64,000 nt of DNA from Frankiales bacterium (lineage in GTDB: Bacteria > Actinomycetota > Actinomycetes > JAWWOW01), in assembly GCA_033851265.1 (NCBI GenBank), contig JAWWOW010000005.1, forward strand, positions 224,064 to 288,063, given 5' to 3'. The translations under genes and the position numbers were made by a program. Positions 29,370-38,312 of this stretch are shown piece after piece. The notes under the pieces were generated by a model, which was given only the letters and a program-made list of their open reading frames with translations, was not told the origin of the DNA and searched no databases. Positions within the stretch are counted from its first letter, which is position 1. Each line of letters begins with the position of its first letter.

Positions 29370-30335
29370 GTGATCGTCGTCGAGTTCGGGCCGGATGACC
29401 TGGCGCGGTGCCGGTTCGCCATCTCCCCGCTGTGGGAGACGGTGGGTGCGCTGGCGGCTCTGCACCGACCGTCGGGGGCCGCCGCGCACCTGCCCTGGCT
29501 GCAGGCCGCCGGGGAGCGCCTTGCCGGTCTCGACGTGCGACCGCTCCTCCGCATCGTCGAGAGCGCGGTCTACGTGCCCGACTTCATCACGCCGCCGCCG
29601 GAGAGCCCGTCGGAAAGTGTCGAGGAGGAGTTGGAGCGAGTGCGCGCGACATCGCGCGAGCGCGCTGCGACCGAGCTCGGCTGGGCGTTCAAGTCACGGA
29701 CCGTCGGCCCGACAGAGCGCGCAATGCTCGACGACCCCTCCGGGGCCGTGCAACAACTCGCTGACTTGATGCACGAGTGTTGGCACCGGTTACTCGCGGA
29801 CGACTGGCCGCGCGTGCGTGACATTCTCGAGGCCGACATCCTGCATCGCGCGCGCCTCTTGACCTCGGGTGGCATGGAGCGGGTGCTCGATGACTTGCAC
29901 CCTGATGTCTCCTGGCAGCGGCAGACGCTTCGTGTCCGCAAGCGGGTCGAGCAACGGGTGCCCCTCGAGGGGCGTGGGCTGTTGTTCGTGCCGAGTGCGT
30001 TCACTTGGCCCGACGTGCTACTTGTTACCGATCCGCCATGGCAGCCGACGATCATCTATCCGGCGCGCGGAGTCGCGCAGTTGTGGGAGCGCACGCGTGT
30101 GTCGGGTCCGGAGTTAGAAGCGCTGTTGGGTCGGACTCGCGCGCTCGTGCTGGCCGGTGCCGTCGAGCCGGTGTCGACGACGCGGCTGGCCGCTCGGCTG
30201 TCATTGCCGGTCGGCACGGTGTCGGACCATCTCGGCGTGTTGTCGCGTGCGGGTCTTGTCCGGTCCGCACGGGCCGGGCGTCAGGTGTTGTACGCCGCAA
30301 CTCCCGTCGGCCATGCGTTGTTGGCGGCGAAATGA
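29370..30335 (+). CDS. ArsR-family transcriptional regulator with N-terminal DUF5937-like domain
   Basis: C-terminal wHTH (TTRLAARLSLPVGTVSDHLGVLSRAGLV). Only the last 321 codons of the 822-codon ORF are credible. The rest is antisense to the MFS gene. Confidence 0.6.
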   Translation: MIVVEFGPDDLARCRFAISPLWETVGALAALHRPSGAAAHLPWLQAAGERLAGLDVRPLLRIVESAVYVPDFITPPPESPSESVEEELERVRATSRERAATELGWAFKSRTVGPTERAMLDDPSGAVQQLADLMHECWHRLLADDWPRVRDILEADILHRARLLTSGGMERVLDDLHPDVSWQRQTLRVRKRVEQRVPLEGRGLLFVPSAFTWPDVLLVTDPPWQPTIIYPARGVAQLWERTRVSGPELEALLGRTRALVLAGAVEPVSTTRLAARLSLPVGTVSDHLGVLSRAGLVRSARAGRQVLYAATPVGHALLAAK

Positions 30336-31219
30336 GTCCGGCCCTGACGGACGAGGACGTCCCCGGTGTTTGCGCGGCGCTCGGCATTCCGGGGCTGGTC
30401 GACGTACACACGCACTTCATGCCGAAGCGGCTGCTGGACAAGGTCTGGGCGTACTTCGACGCGGCCGGCCCGCTCATCAAACGCGAGTGGCCGATCACGT
30501 ATCGGTTCGAGGAGGACGAGCGCGTGGCTCGACTGCGGGCGCTCGGGGTAAAGGCGTTCACGGCGCTGGTCTATCCGCACAAGCCCGGAATCGCGCCGGG
30601 CCTGAACGTTTGGGCGGCCGAATTTGCCCGGCGTACGCCGGACTGTCTGCAGACGGCGACGTTCTTCCCTGAAGACGGTGTTGCCGACTACGTCGAGGCA
30701 GCGTTATCGGATGGCGCGCGCGTGTTCAAGGCGCATATCCAGGTTGGTGGCTATGACCCACGTGACCCGCTCCTCGACGCTGTGTGGGGGATGCTCGCCG
30801 ACGCCGGCGTACCGGTCATCGTGCACGCGGGGTCCGGTCCGGTGCCCGGCAACTTCACCGGTCCTGGTCCATTTGGCGAGGTGTTGGCTGCGCACCCGCG
30901 GCTGGCCGCCGTCATCGCGCATCTCGGGTTGCCGGAGTACGACGAGTTCCTGGCGCTGGCCGAGCGCTACGAGCACGTCACCTACGACACGACGATGGCC
31001 TTCACGGACTTCTCGATGCGCGGGCAGTCGCCGTCACCGCGACTCATCGCGCGGCTGGGGGAGTTGCAGGATCGAGTGTTGTTCGGCACCGACTTCCCGA
31101 ACATCCCCTACCCGTACGCGCACCAGCTCGAGGCGTTGCAGCGCCTCGACATCGGCGATGACTGGCTGCGCGCGATCTGCTGGCACAACGGAGCCCGCCT
31201 CTTCAGCATTAGAACCTAA
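30332..31219 (+). CDS. amidohydrolase family (TIM-barrel metal-dependent hydrolase)
   Basis: VDVHTHFMP… His cluster, HAGSG, DxxMxF region. ATGA overlap with the upstream regulator gene. Confidence 0.7.
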   Translation: MSPALTDEDVPGVCAALGIPGLVDVHTHFMPKRLLDKVWAYFDAAGPLIKREWPITYRFEEDERVARLRALGVKAFTALVYPHKPGIAPGLNVWAAEFARRTPDCLQTATFFPEDGVADYVEAALSDGARVFKAHIQVGGYDPRDPLLDAVWGMLADAGVPVIVHAGSGPVPGNFTGPGPFGEVLAAHPRLAAVIAHLGLPEYDEFLALAERYEHVTYDTTMAFTDFSMRGQSPSPRLIARLGELQDRVLFGTDFPNIPYPYAHQLEALQRLDIGDDWLRAICWHNGARLFSIRT

Positions 31220-31256
31220 CTAACTACATCTAAATAGTCTAGTATCTCTCTCTCGG
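31217..31256. other. AT-rich spacer with stop codons in all three forward frames (TAACTAACTACATCTAAATAGTCTAGTATCTCTCTCTC)
   Basis: Read directly. Markedly AT-rich compared with the rest of the window. Followed by a GGGGAGGGA Shine-Dalgarno and the sulfotransferase ATG. Confidence 0.5.
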
Positions 31257-31283
31257 TCCGACGACTGGTGGGGAGGGACAGGC

Positions 31284-32249
31284 ATGGCGCTGCCCGACTT
31301 CTTCGTGATGGGCGCCCCCAAGGCTGGGACGACCGCGTTGCATACAGCGCTGTCCAGGCACCCGCAGCTGTTCATGTCGCGGGTCAAGGAGCCGCGGTAT
31401 TTCCTCACCGATGACGGTGTCCCGCCGCCGTCGCGTGGAGGGCCCGGCGATCCTCAGACCTACCAGGAGTACGTGTACCGCCGGCGAGACTACGAAGAGC
31501 TGTTCGCCGCCGCCCCGCCCGACACGATCAAGGGGGAGAGCAGCCCGTTCTACTTGTGGAGCCAGGATGCACACCGCCGCATTCGCGCCGCCGTTCCCGA
31601 TGCTCGCCTGATCGCGCTCCTGCGTGATCCGGTCGAGCGGGCGCACTCGAACTGGGGTCATCTGTGGTCGGCAGGACTCGAGCCGATCAACGACTTCGTG
31701 CAGGCGTGCGAGCAGGAGAGCCAACGCGTCGCTGCGGGATGGGCGCCGTTCTGGCGTTACGTCGATCTCGGGTTGTACGGCAAGCAGATCGAGCACCTGC
31801 TCGAGGTCTTCCCGCGCAACCAGGTCCTGCTGCTGCGATATCGCGACGTCAGGGAGCAGCCGGCACAAACGCTGGACCGGATTTGTGACTTCCTGGGCGT
31901 CGAGACTGGTGTCATTTCCACGGTGCCGCGGGAGAACGTCACCACACAGGTGCCCGAGACCGGCGTGACGCGTGTCATTCAGGTATCACTGCGCGGCGGC
32001 GCGGCCTTCGGACACCTGTTCCCACTGCCACTGCGACGGCTGGTGCGCGGGCCGCTGCTTCACCTGTTGCATCGGCGTCCGAATGCGCGACAACCGTTGA
32101 CCGTCCACGAACGCGAGCAAGTGCTGCGATACTTCGAAGCAGACATCGAGGTCCTGCAGCGGGTCACGGGCCTGAGTTTCAGCGATTGGTTGGCCACGGG
32201 TGTGGCCGGCAGGGGCGGACTGCTCATGCAGGGGGGACAGACCGCGTGA
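31284..32249 (+). CDS. sulfotransferase family protein
   Basis: 5'-PSB loop MGAPKAGTT, 3'-[13 protein letters not shown]. 321 aa. Confidence 0.75.
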   Translation: MALPDFFVMGAPKAGTTALHTALSRHPQLFMSRVKEPRYFLTDDGVPPPSRGGPGDPQTYQEYVYRRRDYEELFAAAPPDTIKGESSPFYLWSQDAHRRIRAAVPDARLIALLRDPVERAHSNWGHLWSAGLEPINDFVQACEQESQRVAAGWAPFWRYVDLGLYGKQIEHLLEVFPRNQVLLLRYRDVREQPAQTLDRICDFLGVETGVISTVPRENVTTQVPETGVTRVIQVSLRGGAAFGHLFPLPLRRLVRGPLLHLLHRRPNARQPLTVHEREQVLRYFEADIEVLQRVTGLSFSDWLATGVAGRGGLLMQGGQTA

Positions 32250-33145
32250 CACTCACCACGACGTCCGCGCTGGATTGGTCACAGTCGAAAGTCGTGGTGT
32301 CACCACCTGGTGTCGGAGACGGCTACTGGGCAGGCGCCCCCACGGCGATCCTCGTCGACGGGATCTTCTATCTGAGCTATCGGTTGCGTCGCCCCATCGG
32401 AAGTGGTCGTGGGTACGCCGTTGTGGTCGCACGTTCCTCCGACGGCGAGACATTCGAGCAGTTGTCTGTCGTGGACCGCGCTGACATGGACTGTGAGTCA
32501 CTCGAGCGGCCCGCACTTGCCGTGACACCGGATGGCAGGTGGCGGCTGTACCTGTCGTGCGCTGCGCATGCCGGTCCCGGTTGGCGGGTGGACGTGCTCG
32601 AGGCGGCAGACGCGACGTCGTTCGAGCCGCAACGCCGGCAAACCGTCCTTCCCGGTGACGCGACGACCGCTGTGAAGGACCCGGTCATCGTGCAGCAGGA
32701 CGGCACATGGCACATGTGGGCCTCCTGTCACCTCCTCGATCTACCCGACGATCACGACCGCATGGAGAGCAGGTACGCCACCAGCGCCGATGGCTTGGAA
32801 TGGACGTGGCACGGGGTCGCCCTTGCTCCTCGATCAGGGGAGTGGGACGCCCGCGGCGTCCGGGTGGCGAGCGTCCTTCTGGAGGGCGACCGCGCTATCG
32901 CCTTTTACGACGGTCGTGCCACCAAGTCGGAGAACTGGGAGGAGCGCACAGGTGTTGCCGTCGGCTCCCCGCGGTCCCTGACTGCAGTGGGCAGCGAGCC
33001 GGTAGCCGTTTCCCCGCTGGGCACCGGTGGGCTGCGCTACGTCAGCGCCGTACGGCTGCCCTCGGGCGACGTTCGCTTTTACTTCGAATCGGCGCGAGCG
33101 GACGGTTCGCATGACCTGCGAACAGTTGTCGCCCCGGTCGAGTGA
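32246..33145 (+). CDS. beta-propeller glycoside hydrolase-like protein (GH43/GH32/GH130-type fold)
   Basis: [18 protein letters not shown] and repeated blade-like segments. GTGA overlap with the sulfotransferase stop. Confidence 0.5.
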   Translation: MTLTTTSALDWSQSKVVVSPPGVGDGYWAGAPTAILVDGIFYLSYRLRRPIGSGRGYAVVVARSSDGETFEQLSVVDRADMDCESLERPALAVTPDGRWRLYLSCAAHAGPGWRVDVLEAADATSFEPQRRQTVLPGDATTAVKDPVIVQQDGTWHMWASCHLLDLPDDHDRMESRYATSADGLEWTWHGVALAPRSGEWDARGVRVASVLLEGDRAIAFYDGRATKSENWEERTGVAVGSPRSLTAVGSEPVAVSPLGTGGLRYVSAVRLPSGDVRFYFESARADGSHDLRTVVAPVE

Positions 33146-33206
33146 TCGGTCGGTGTGGGAAGTTCGAGTACGCCGGCGGCGTTATCATGGACTCATAACA
33201 AAATAC

Positions 33207-33566
33207 GGGGCTGAACGGTTTCGACTTTGGACGTGGTCCGAGGGGAAGCGTGCCGAGGAAACCAGTGGCGATCTCGTTAACCATCCGCTGGAAAAGAAAT
33301 AAGCGCCAATAACAACGCGCTCGCTATCGCCGCCTGACGGCAGTGATAGCTGTCGGCCCGGGAATGCTCCCGTCCCGGGGTCCGGCATCGACTGGGAGCT
33401 CACCCGATGGCCCGGCTGCGGGGCCTGAGGGAACAACAAACAGCAGCTGAGCCCGTTACCGACATGCTCGCGTGATCGGTAGGGCTGAGAAAAGCACAGC
33501 GAGCTGCGCACGGAGAAGCCCTCGAGTTACGCCGAAGGACGCGGGTTCGATTCCCGCCAGCTCCAC
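33207..33566 (+). ncRNA. ssrA: tmRNA (ssrA)
   Basis: 5' GGGGCUGAACGGUUUCGACUUUGGACG. 3' GGACGCGGGUUCGAUUCCCGCCAGCUCCA (T-arm plus acceptor pairing with 5' GGGGCUG). Internal tag frame GCC AAT AAC AAC GCG CTC GCT ATC GCC GCC TGA (A-N-N-N-A-L-A-I-A-A-stop) starting 98 nt from the 5' end. Confidence 0.9.
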
Positions 33567-33586
33567 AAACGATTGAGGCGAGAGAT

Positions 33587-33606
33587 GCGAGAGCTTCGGC
33601 TCTCGC
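33587..33606 (+). terminator. hairpin GCGAGAGC-TTCG-GCTCTCGC downstream of ssrA
   Basis: Perfect 8-bp stem with TTCG tetraloop, 20 nt after the tmRNA 3' end. Confidence 0.5.
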
Positions 33607-33675
33607 GAGGCATAAGCGTGCTCAGGTCACGTCGCGTTTCGTGAGCATTGCTGGGGCTGAATTCTCGGCGTCGTG

Positions 33676-34197
33676 TCACCTGTTCGGCATCGACGGGATC
33701 ACTGCTCCCGACGGCATGCCTGCGGCGAGATAGGCCTCGTAGTACGGCTGGAACGGCGCGGCGTCTGCGCTGTGCGGCCCGTCGGAGTGCTGGCCGGCGA
33801 GATGCTTGTCGAGCTCACTGAGACAAACGGTCCAGCCGGCGGCGTTGCGCGCAGCCGTATTGCCCTCGTGAAGGACATTCGTCAACGTCAGCCGGCAGTG
33901 GCCGGAGCCGACGGGCTCGAGCTCGAAGTGCAGCTCGTCCTCCCCCCACGTGAACGCGAGGCGTTGCGGCGGCTGGCAGACGAGGATTGTTCCCTTGGTG
34001 TCGTCGGTGTTGGGGTCTCCGGAGAACGTGACGGTGCCGCCGATGTGTAGCTCGATCTCCGCCCTGGACGGAAACCAGTGGCTCAGCTCGTCCGGATCGG
34101 TGACAGCGGCCCACACGCGTTCGATGGGGTGCGGATAGGTGCGAACGAATCGCACGGCCGGACGGCCGTCATGCTCGACGTATGTCCCGAGGTCCAT
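33676..34197 (-). CDS. SRPBCC / AHSA1-like domain protein
   Basis: Activator-of-Hsp90-ATPase-like fold signature (…PIERVWAAVTDPDELSHWF…). ATGA overlap with the upstream ArsR gene. Confidence 0.7.
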   Translation of the reverse strand: MDLGTYVEHDGRPAVRFVRTYPHPIERVWAAVTDPDELSHWFPSRAEIELHIGGTVTFSGDPNTDDTKGTILVCQPPQRLAFTWGEDELHFELEPVGSGHCRLTLTNVLHEGNTAARNAAGWTVCLSELDKHLAGQHSDGPHSADAAPFQPYYEAYLAAGMPSGAVIPSMPNR

Positions 34198-34508
34198 CAG
34201 TGCTCCTTAGCGTCGAGGTGCCGCCCGAGCGCGTCCAGCCGCTCGTTCCACAGCTTGCGATAGGGGGCAAGCCATCGGTCCAGGTCGGCGAGTGGCACGG
34301 CATCGATCGAGTAGATACGCCGTTGTGCGTCACCGGTCACCTGAACCAGTCCGCTCTCGCGCAGGACGCGCAAGTGCTTCGACGTCGTTGGTTGACTCAC
34401 GCCGAGTTTGGTGACCATCTCGCTGACCGAGTGCGGACGCGTCAGCAGTACGCCGAGCAGCGCACGACGTGTCGGGTCACTGAGGGCCGCCCAAGCCAGG
34501 TCCTGCAC
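34197..34508 (-). CDS. ArsR/SmtB family transcriptional regulator
   Basis: LSDPTRRALLGVL…VSEMVTKLGVSQPTTSKHLRVLRESGLV wHTH. Confidence 0.8.
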   Translation of the reverse strand: MQDLAWAALSDPTRRALLGVLLTRPHSVSEMVTKLGVSQPTTSKHLRVLRESGLVQVTGDAQRRIYSIDAVPLADLDRWLAPYRKLWNERLDALGRHLDAKEH

Positions 34509-34687
34509 GCCGGCAATATGCCGTCAGCGACATATGCTTGTCAAGGCATACACGTCGTGGAGGCGCAACCATCCTGCACCTGACGGCCTAGCCCTCTACG
34601 CACGCTCCCGCGCTCGCCGGCCGGAGCGTGCGGCACGCTCAGCGCTGCGCCGATCGGCTTAGTTCTGTCTGATCAGCGAGAAATGAT

Positions 34688-34716
34688 CAGAAAGTCCGAT
34701 TGGGACGGACTTTCTG
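34688..34716. promoter_or_regulatory. perfect 11-bp inverted repeat CAGAAAGTCCG-N7-CGGACTTTCTG in the leader of the GGDEF-EAL gene
   Basis: Read directly. Lies about 20 nt upstream of the probable ATG (34736). Confidence 0.5.
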
Positions 34717-34735
34717 GCAACCGATCTATAACGAC

Positions 34736-36700
34736 ATGAGCAGGATCCTTGCCCCGACCCCGCGCCATGTTCGGCTTGCCCGCCCGCTCGTGCGCGTGTG
34801 GGCTGAGCTCCCTCGCGGACGCAGCCTCCCGGAAGCCTCCTGGCGAATCCGGCATCGCGCCGTTGTCGTGCTGCTGATCGCCCACGCCGTCGTCATCGGC
34901 GCCTACAGCCTGCTAGCCGGCTTGCCGCTGTTCGACGTCTTGTCCAACATCGCCGTCCCAGGCGTGGGTGCCTACGCCGCATCGCGGCCTCGGCTGTCCC
35001 GGCTCGTGCGAAGCGGAATCGCCGCCGTCAGTTTGATGCTCACGTCCGGTGTCGTCGTGCACCTCATGAGCGGCTCGATCGAGGGTCACTTCCACTTCTT
35101 CGCGATGATCCCCGTAGTCGCGCTCTACGAGGACTGGGTCGCGTTCGGACTGGCCGTCGCCGTCGTACTGCTGCACCACGGCGTGATGGGCACCCTCGAA
35201 CCCGAAGCCGTGTACAACCACGCCGGCGCCATCAACAACCCGTGGAAGTACGCCTTCATCCACGCCGGATTCTTCGCCGCCGCCTGCATCGGCAGCATTG
35301 TGAACTGGCGCATGCACGAGAAGGCGCGCAACGCCGAGCAGAGCCTCACCGCACGCATGCGTCACCAGGCTCACCATGACCTGCTGACCGGCCTCCCGAA
35401 CCGCGTCCAGCTGATCGAGCACGCCCGTGAGCTACTGGTCTCGGGGTCCGAAGCCCGCCGGAGCATGGCCGTCCTTCTCGTCGACCTTGACCGCTTCAAG
35501 GAGATCAACGACGTACTTGGGCACGCGGCGGGCGATCTGCTTCTCGCGAAGGTCGGCCCACGCCTGGCAACCGCAGTGCGTGACGGCGACGTGCTTGCGC
35601 GACTTGGTGGAGACGAGTTCGCCGCGATCATCGCCGATGCAGACGAAGAGTCCGCAGTCCGTGTCGCGCAGCGACTCCTGCACATCCTCTCCGAAGCAGT
35701 AGACGTCGATGGCGTCTCGCTGAATGTCGACGCCAGCATCGGGATCGCCGTCGGCACGCCCGCAAGCCAAGACGATGTCGACGCTTTGCTTCGCTGCGCA
35801 GACATCGCGATGTACACCGCCAAGCGCAGGCGCTGCGGTTACACGGTGTACGACGTGGAGCAGGACACCGCGACGCTGGAACAACTCAACCTGTTGAGTG
35901 AGCTGCGACAGGCAATCCCGAACGGCGAGATCGTTCTGCACTACCAGCCCAAGCTCACTGTCCCTGGCATCGGCGTCGCCGGTGTTGAGGCGTTGGCTCG
36001 CTGGCAGCACCCGTCCCGTGGGTTGCTGGCGCCGGCTGAGTTCATCGAAGCTGCCGAACGCACGGGGCTGATCGTCCCGCTGACCTTGCAGGTGCTCGAG
36101 CTCGCCATCACCCAGATGCGCCGATGGCTGACGGCCGGCCACGACTTCACGGTCGCCGTCAACCTCTCACCGCGTTGCCTGGCTGACCCCGAGCTCACGC
36201 GCGATGTCATCGGAATGTTGCAGCGCTTCAACGTGCCGGCGCGACACCTGACACTGGAGATCACCGAGAACACGCTGGCCCACGACCCTGACCGTGCGTT
36301 GGAGACGCTGAGCGCCCTCCACGACGCCGGAATACAGATCTCCATTGATGACTTCGGTACTGGTTACTCGTCGATGACCTACCTCAAGCAGCTCCCGGTG
36401 ACCGAGCTGAAGATCGACCGGTCGTTCGTTGCCGGCATGCTCCAGACCAGGGGCGACGAGGTGCTCGTCCGCGCGGCCGTCGACCTTGGCCACAACCTCG
36501 GCCTCACCGTCGTCGCCGAAGGCGTCGAGGACCAAGACACGCTGGATGCGCTCGCAGCCGTCGGCTGTGACATCGCGCAGGGCTACCACCTCGGCCGGCC
36601 CATGGCACCGCACACGTTCGACCGGTGGCTAGCCCAGCAGCGAATTGCTGAGGTTCCGCAGCAGCGCGACACCTCACCGCTGTGGGCGTCGTCGTGGTAG
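34736..36700 (+). CDS. membrane-anchored diguanylate cyclase / phosphodiesterase (GGDEF-EAL)
   Basis: N-terminal His-rich multi-TM sensor domain. GGDEF (RLGGDEFAAII) and EAL (EITEN…DDFGTGYSS…KIDRSFV) domains. TTG at 34699 is an alternative start. Confidence 0.8.
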   Translation: MSRILAPTPRHVRLARPLVRVWAELPRGRSLPEASWRIRHRAVVVLLIAHAVVIGAYSLLAGLPLFDVLSNIAVPGVGAYAASRPRLSRLVRSGIAAVSLMLTSGVVVHLMSGSIEGHFHFFAMIPVVALYEDWVAFGLAVAVVLLHHGVMGTLEPEAVYNHAGAINNPWKYAFIHAGFFAAACIGSIVNWRMHEKARNAEQSLTARMRHQAHHDLLTGLPNRVQLIEHARELLVSGSEARRSMAVLLVDLDRFKEINDVLGHAAGDLLLAKVGPRLATAVRDGDVLARLGGDEFAAIIADADEESAVRVAQRLLHILSEAVDVDGVSLNVDASIGIAVGTPASQDDVDALLRCADIAMYTAKRRRCGYTVYDVEQDTATLEQLNLLSELRQAIPNGEIVLHYQPKLTVPGIGVAGVEALARWQHPSRGLLAPAEFIEAAERTGLIVPLTLQVLELAITQMRRWLTAGHDFTVAVNLSPRCLADPELTRDVIGMLQRFNVPARHLTLEITENTLAHDPDRALETLSALHDAGIQISIDDFGTGYSSMTYLKQLPVTELKIDRSFVAGMLQTRGDEVLVRAAVDLGHNLGLTVVAEGVEDQDTLDALAAVGCDIAQGYHLGRPMAPHTFDRWLAQQRIAEVPQQRDTSPLWASSW

Positions 36701-37248
36701 AGCTTGCCCACGGTGGTGGGTTCTGGTCGCATCACGCCATCCACGCGGTCATGCTCGTCGGCCCAGTCGCCATCATGGGGCTGATCGCACTGACCTCCGA
36801 TGTGCGTGGTCGGATGTCCGACCGCGAGCAGGTGGAACGTGTCGCATCGCCGAGCCTGCCGCCGTTCGTCCTTGCCGCCGTCCTCTCGTTGCTCGCAGCG
36901 GCAATCCACCTTGTTGTCTGCCCCGAGCACTTCAATGAGGCGTTCATCTACGGCGCGTTCTTTGCTGTTGCGACCGCAGCGCAGGTTGCATGGTCGTTCC
37001 TCGTAGTACGCCGTCCGAGCCACTCGTTGCTGTTGAGCGGCATCGTCGGCAACAGCGCGCTGATCGCGATCTGGGCGATGTCGCGAACCGTCGGTATTCC
37101 GATCGGTCCGTCAGCCGGGCAGATCGAACCGGTCGGGTTCCTCGACGTTGTTGCCACCGCATGCGAGCTCGGCGTTGTCGCGGCGGTTGCCGTGGCGTTG
37201 CTGCGCCGGTCAGTCACTGCGGCAGCGGTGCCGCAGGTGAGCGCTTAG
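36682..37248 (+). CDS. hypothetical His-containing multi-TM membrane protein
   Basis: High GC3. 4-5 TM helices. Overlaps the last 19 nt of the GGDEF-EAL gene. Start uncertain. Confidence 0.4.
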   Translation: MGVVVVELAHGGGFWSHHAIHAVMLVGPVAIMGLIALTSDVRGRMSDREQVERVASPSLPPFVLAAVLSLLAAAIHLVVCPEHFNEAFIYGAFFAVATAAQVAWSFLVVRRPSHSLLLSGIVGNSALIAIWAMSRTVGIPIGPSAGQIEPVGFLDVVATACELGVVAAVAVALLRRSVTAAAVPQVSA

Positions 37249-37262
37249 GCGCAAACGGAAAA

Positions 37263-37286
37263 CGGCCGGGCGGTTAAGCCCGGCCG
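37263..37286 (-). terminator. hairpin CGGCCGGGC-GGTTAA-GCCCGGCCG, followed on the minus strand by CCGTTTTCCGTTTGC
   Basis: Perfect 9-bp GC stem between convergent genes. T-rich tail on the minus strand fits an intrinsic terminator for the CsbD gene. Confidence 0.55.
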
Positions 37287-37304
37287 CTCCAGTGATCGAT
37301 CCGC

Positions 37305-37508
37305 TCAGTTCTCGGCGGCCTTCTGCTTCGCTTCGTGGTACTCAGACTTCTTTTCGTGCGCCTGAGCCTTCATGCGTTCCTTCTCGGCCTTGGTCTCTTC
37401 AGCGCCCTTGGCGGCCTGCTGCTCACCTTCCTCGGCGAGCATCGGGTTGTCGGTCGCTTCACCGACCTTCTCCTTTACGGCACCTTTGACCTGTTCGAAC
37501 GTGCCCAT
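37305..37508 (-). CDS. CsbD family stress-response protein
   Basis: 67 aa, CsbD pattern (KGAVKEKVGEATDN…KGAEETKAEK). AGGAGG Shine-Dalgarno. Confidence 0.75.
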   Translation of the reverse strand: MGTFEQVKGAVKEKVGEATDNPMLAEEGEQQAAKGAEETKAEKERMKAQAHEKKSEYHEAKQKAAEN

Positions 37509-37550
37509 AGCTAGGACCTCCTGCGATGAATGTCGGGCCGACGTTGCAAG

Positions 37551-37799
37551 TCAGTTCTTGGCGCGCTCAGCCGTTCGTTGCTTGGCCTCGTGCGCACGCG
37601 CCTTGGTCTCGTGCGCGTCGGCCTTCGCCTGCGCACGCAACGCCTTCAACTTCTCAGCACCCTTGTCCTGCTGGGCTTCGCCGGCCTCTACTAAGCGCCG
37701 GTTGTCGATGACTTCGCCCACAAGTTCCTTGCCCAAACCGACAAACTTGTCAGCGAGGCCCACGGCGTTCTTGTACTCGACGCGGGGAATGATTCGCAT
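37551..37799 (-). CDS. CsbD family stress-response protein (second paralog)
   Basis: Internal ATG (MRIIPRVEYKNAVGLADKFVGLGKELVGEVIDN…). GAGGAG Shine-Dalgarno. The N-terminal 81 codons of the ORF are rejected. Confidence 0.7.
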   Translation of the reverse strand: MRIIPRVEYKNAVGLADKFVGLGKELVGEVIDNRRLVEAGEAQQDKGAEKLKALRAQAKADAHETKARAHEAKQRTAERAKN

Positions 37800-37992
37800 C
37801 GTCACTCCTCGTTGGTTGGTTGTATGACTCGGCCTTACTGATGAGAGGCCTGCCCGTGTCAGCGGGGGCTTAACGTTTCCAGTGGTGACATCTGCGTTGT
37901 CCAAATGTGAGACACACCACGTCCCCTGGGGCACGTAAGAAATAGCAACCAGGTAATGCTTCAGCGGCGTACGGCGGGGGCACACGGCTGAC

Positions 37993-38151
37993 ATGGGATT
38001 TCTACTGTGGTTAGCCGCCGTCGTACTCGTCATCGTGGGCATCGTTCAGTTGCTTCAAGGCCAGCTTCTCTGGGGCTTGCTGCTGATCGTCGCCGGCCTC
38101 GCCGTCGGTCCTGGTGGCTTCTCGATTTTCCGAACCCGCTCGCGGGCCTGA
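37993..38151 (+). CDS. hypothetical 52-aa two-helix membrane protein
   Basis: MGFLLWLAAVVLVIVGIVQLLQGQLLWGLLLIVAGLAVGPGGFSIFRTRSRA. Below the ORF-track size cut-off. Read manually. Confidence 0.3.
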   Translation: MGFLLWLAAVVLVIVGIVQLLQGQLLWGLLLIVAGLAVGPGGFSIFRTRSRA

Positions 38152-38312
38152 CCTTCCGCGGCTGATCCCGGGCGCGCGGGCCCGGGGATTAGTCGTGCAA
38201 GCCGCAGCAGAGCCGGGCATGTCGCCCGCCTGCGGCGGCTAATTACCCCATTCTGTGCATGGAAACGTGTTCAGGTGGGCACGATGGGCAACATTGGGGG
38301 TGGGCTCTCTTC

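Noticed and set aside
31239-31868. 209-aa minus-strand ORF
   Set aside because: It is antisense to the sulfotransferase gene, which has clear PAPS-binding motifs.
33567-34700. Integrase or genomic island downstream of ssrA
   Set aside because: tmRNA 3' ends are common integration sites. The downstream genes are an ordinary ArsR/AHSA1 pair, and no integrase, recombinase or duplicated ssrA 3' fragment was found.
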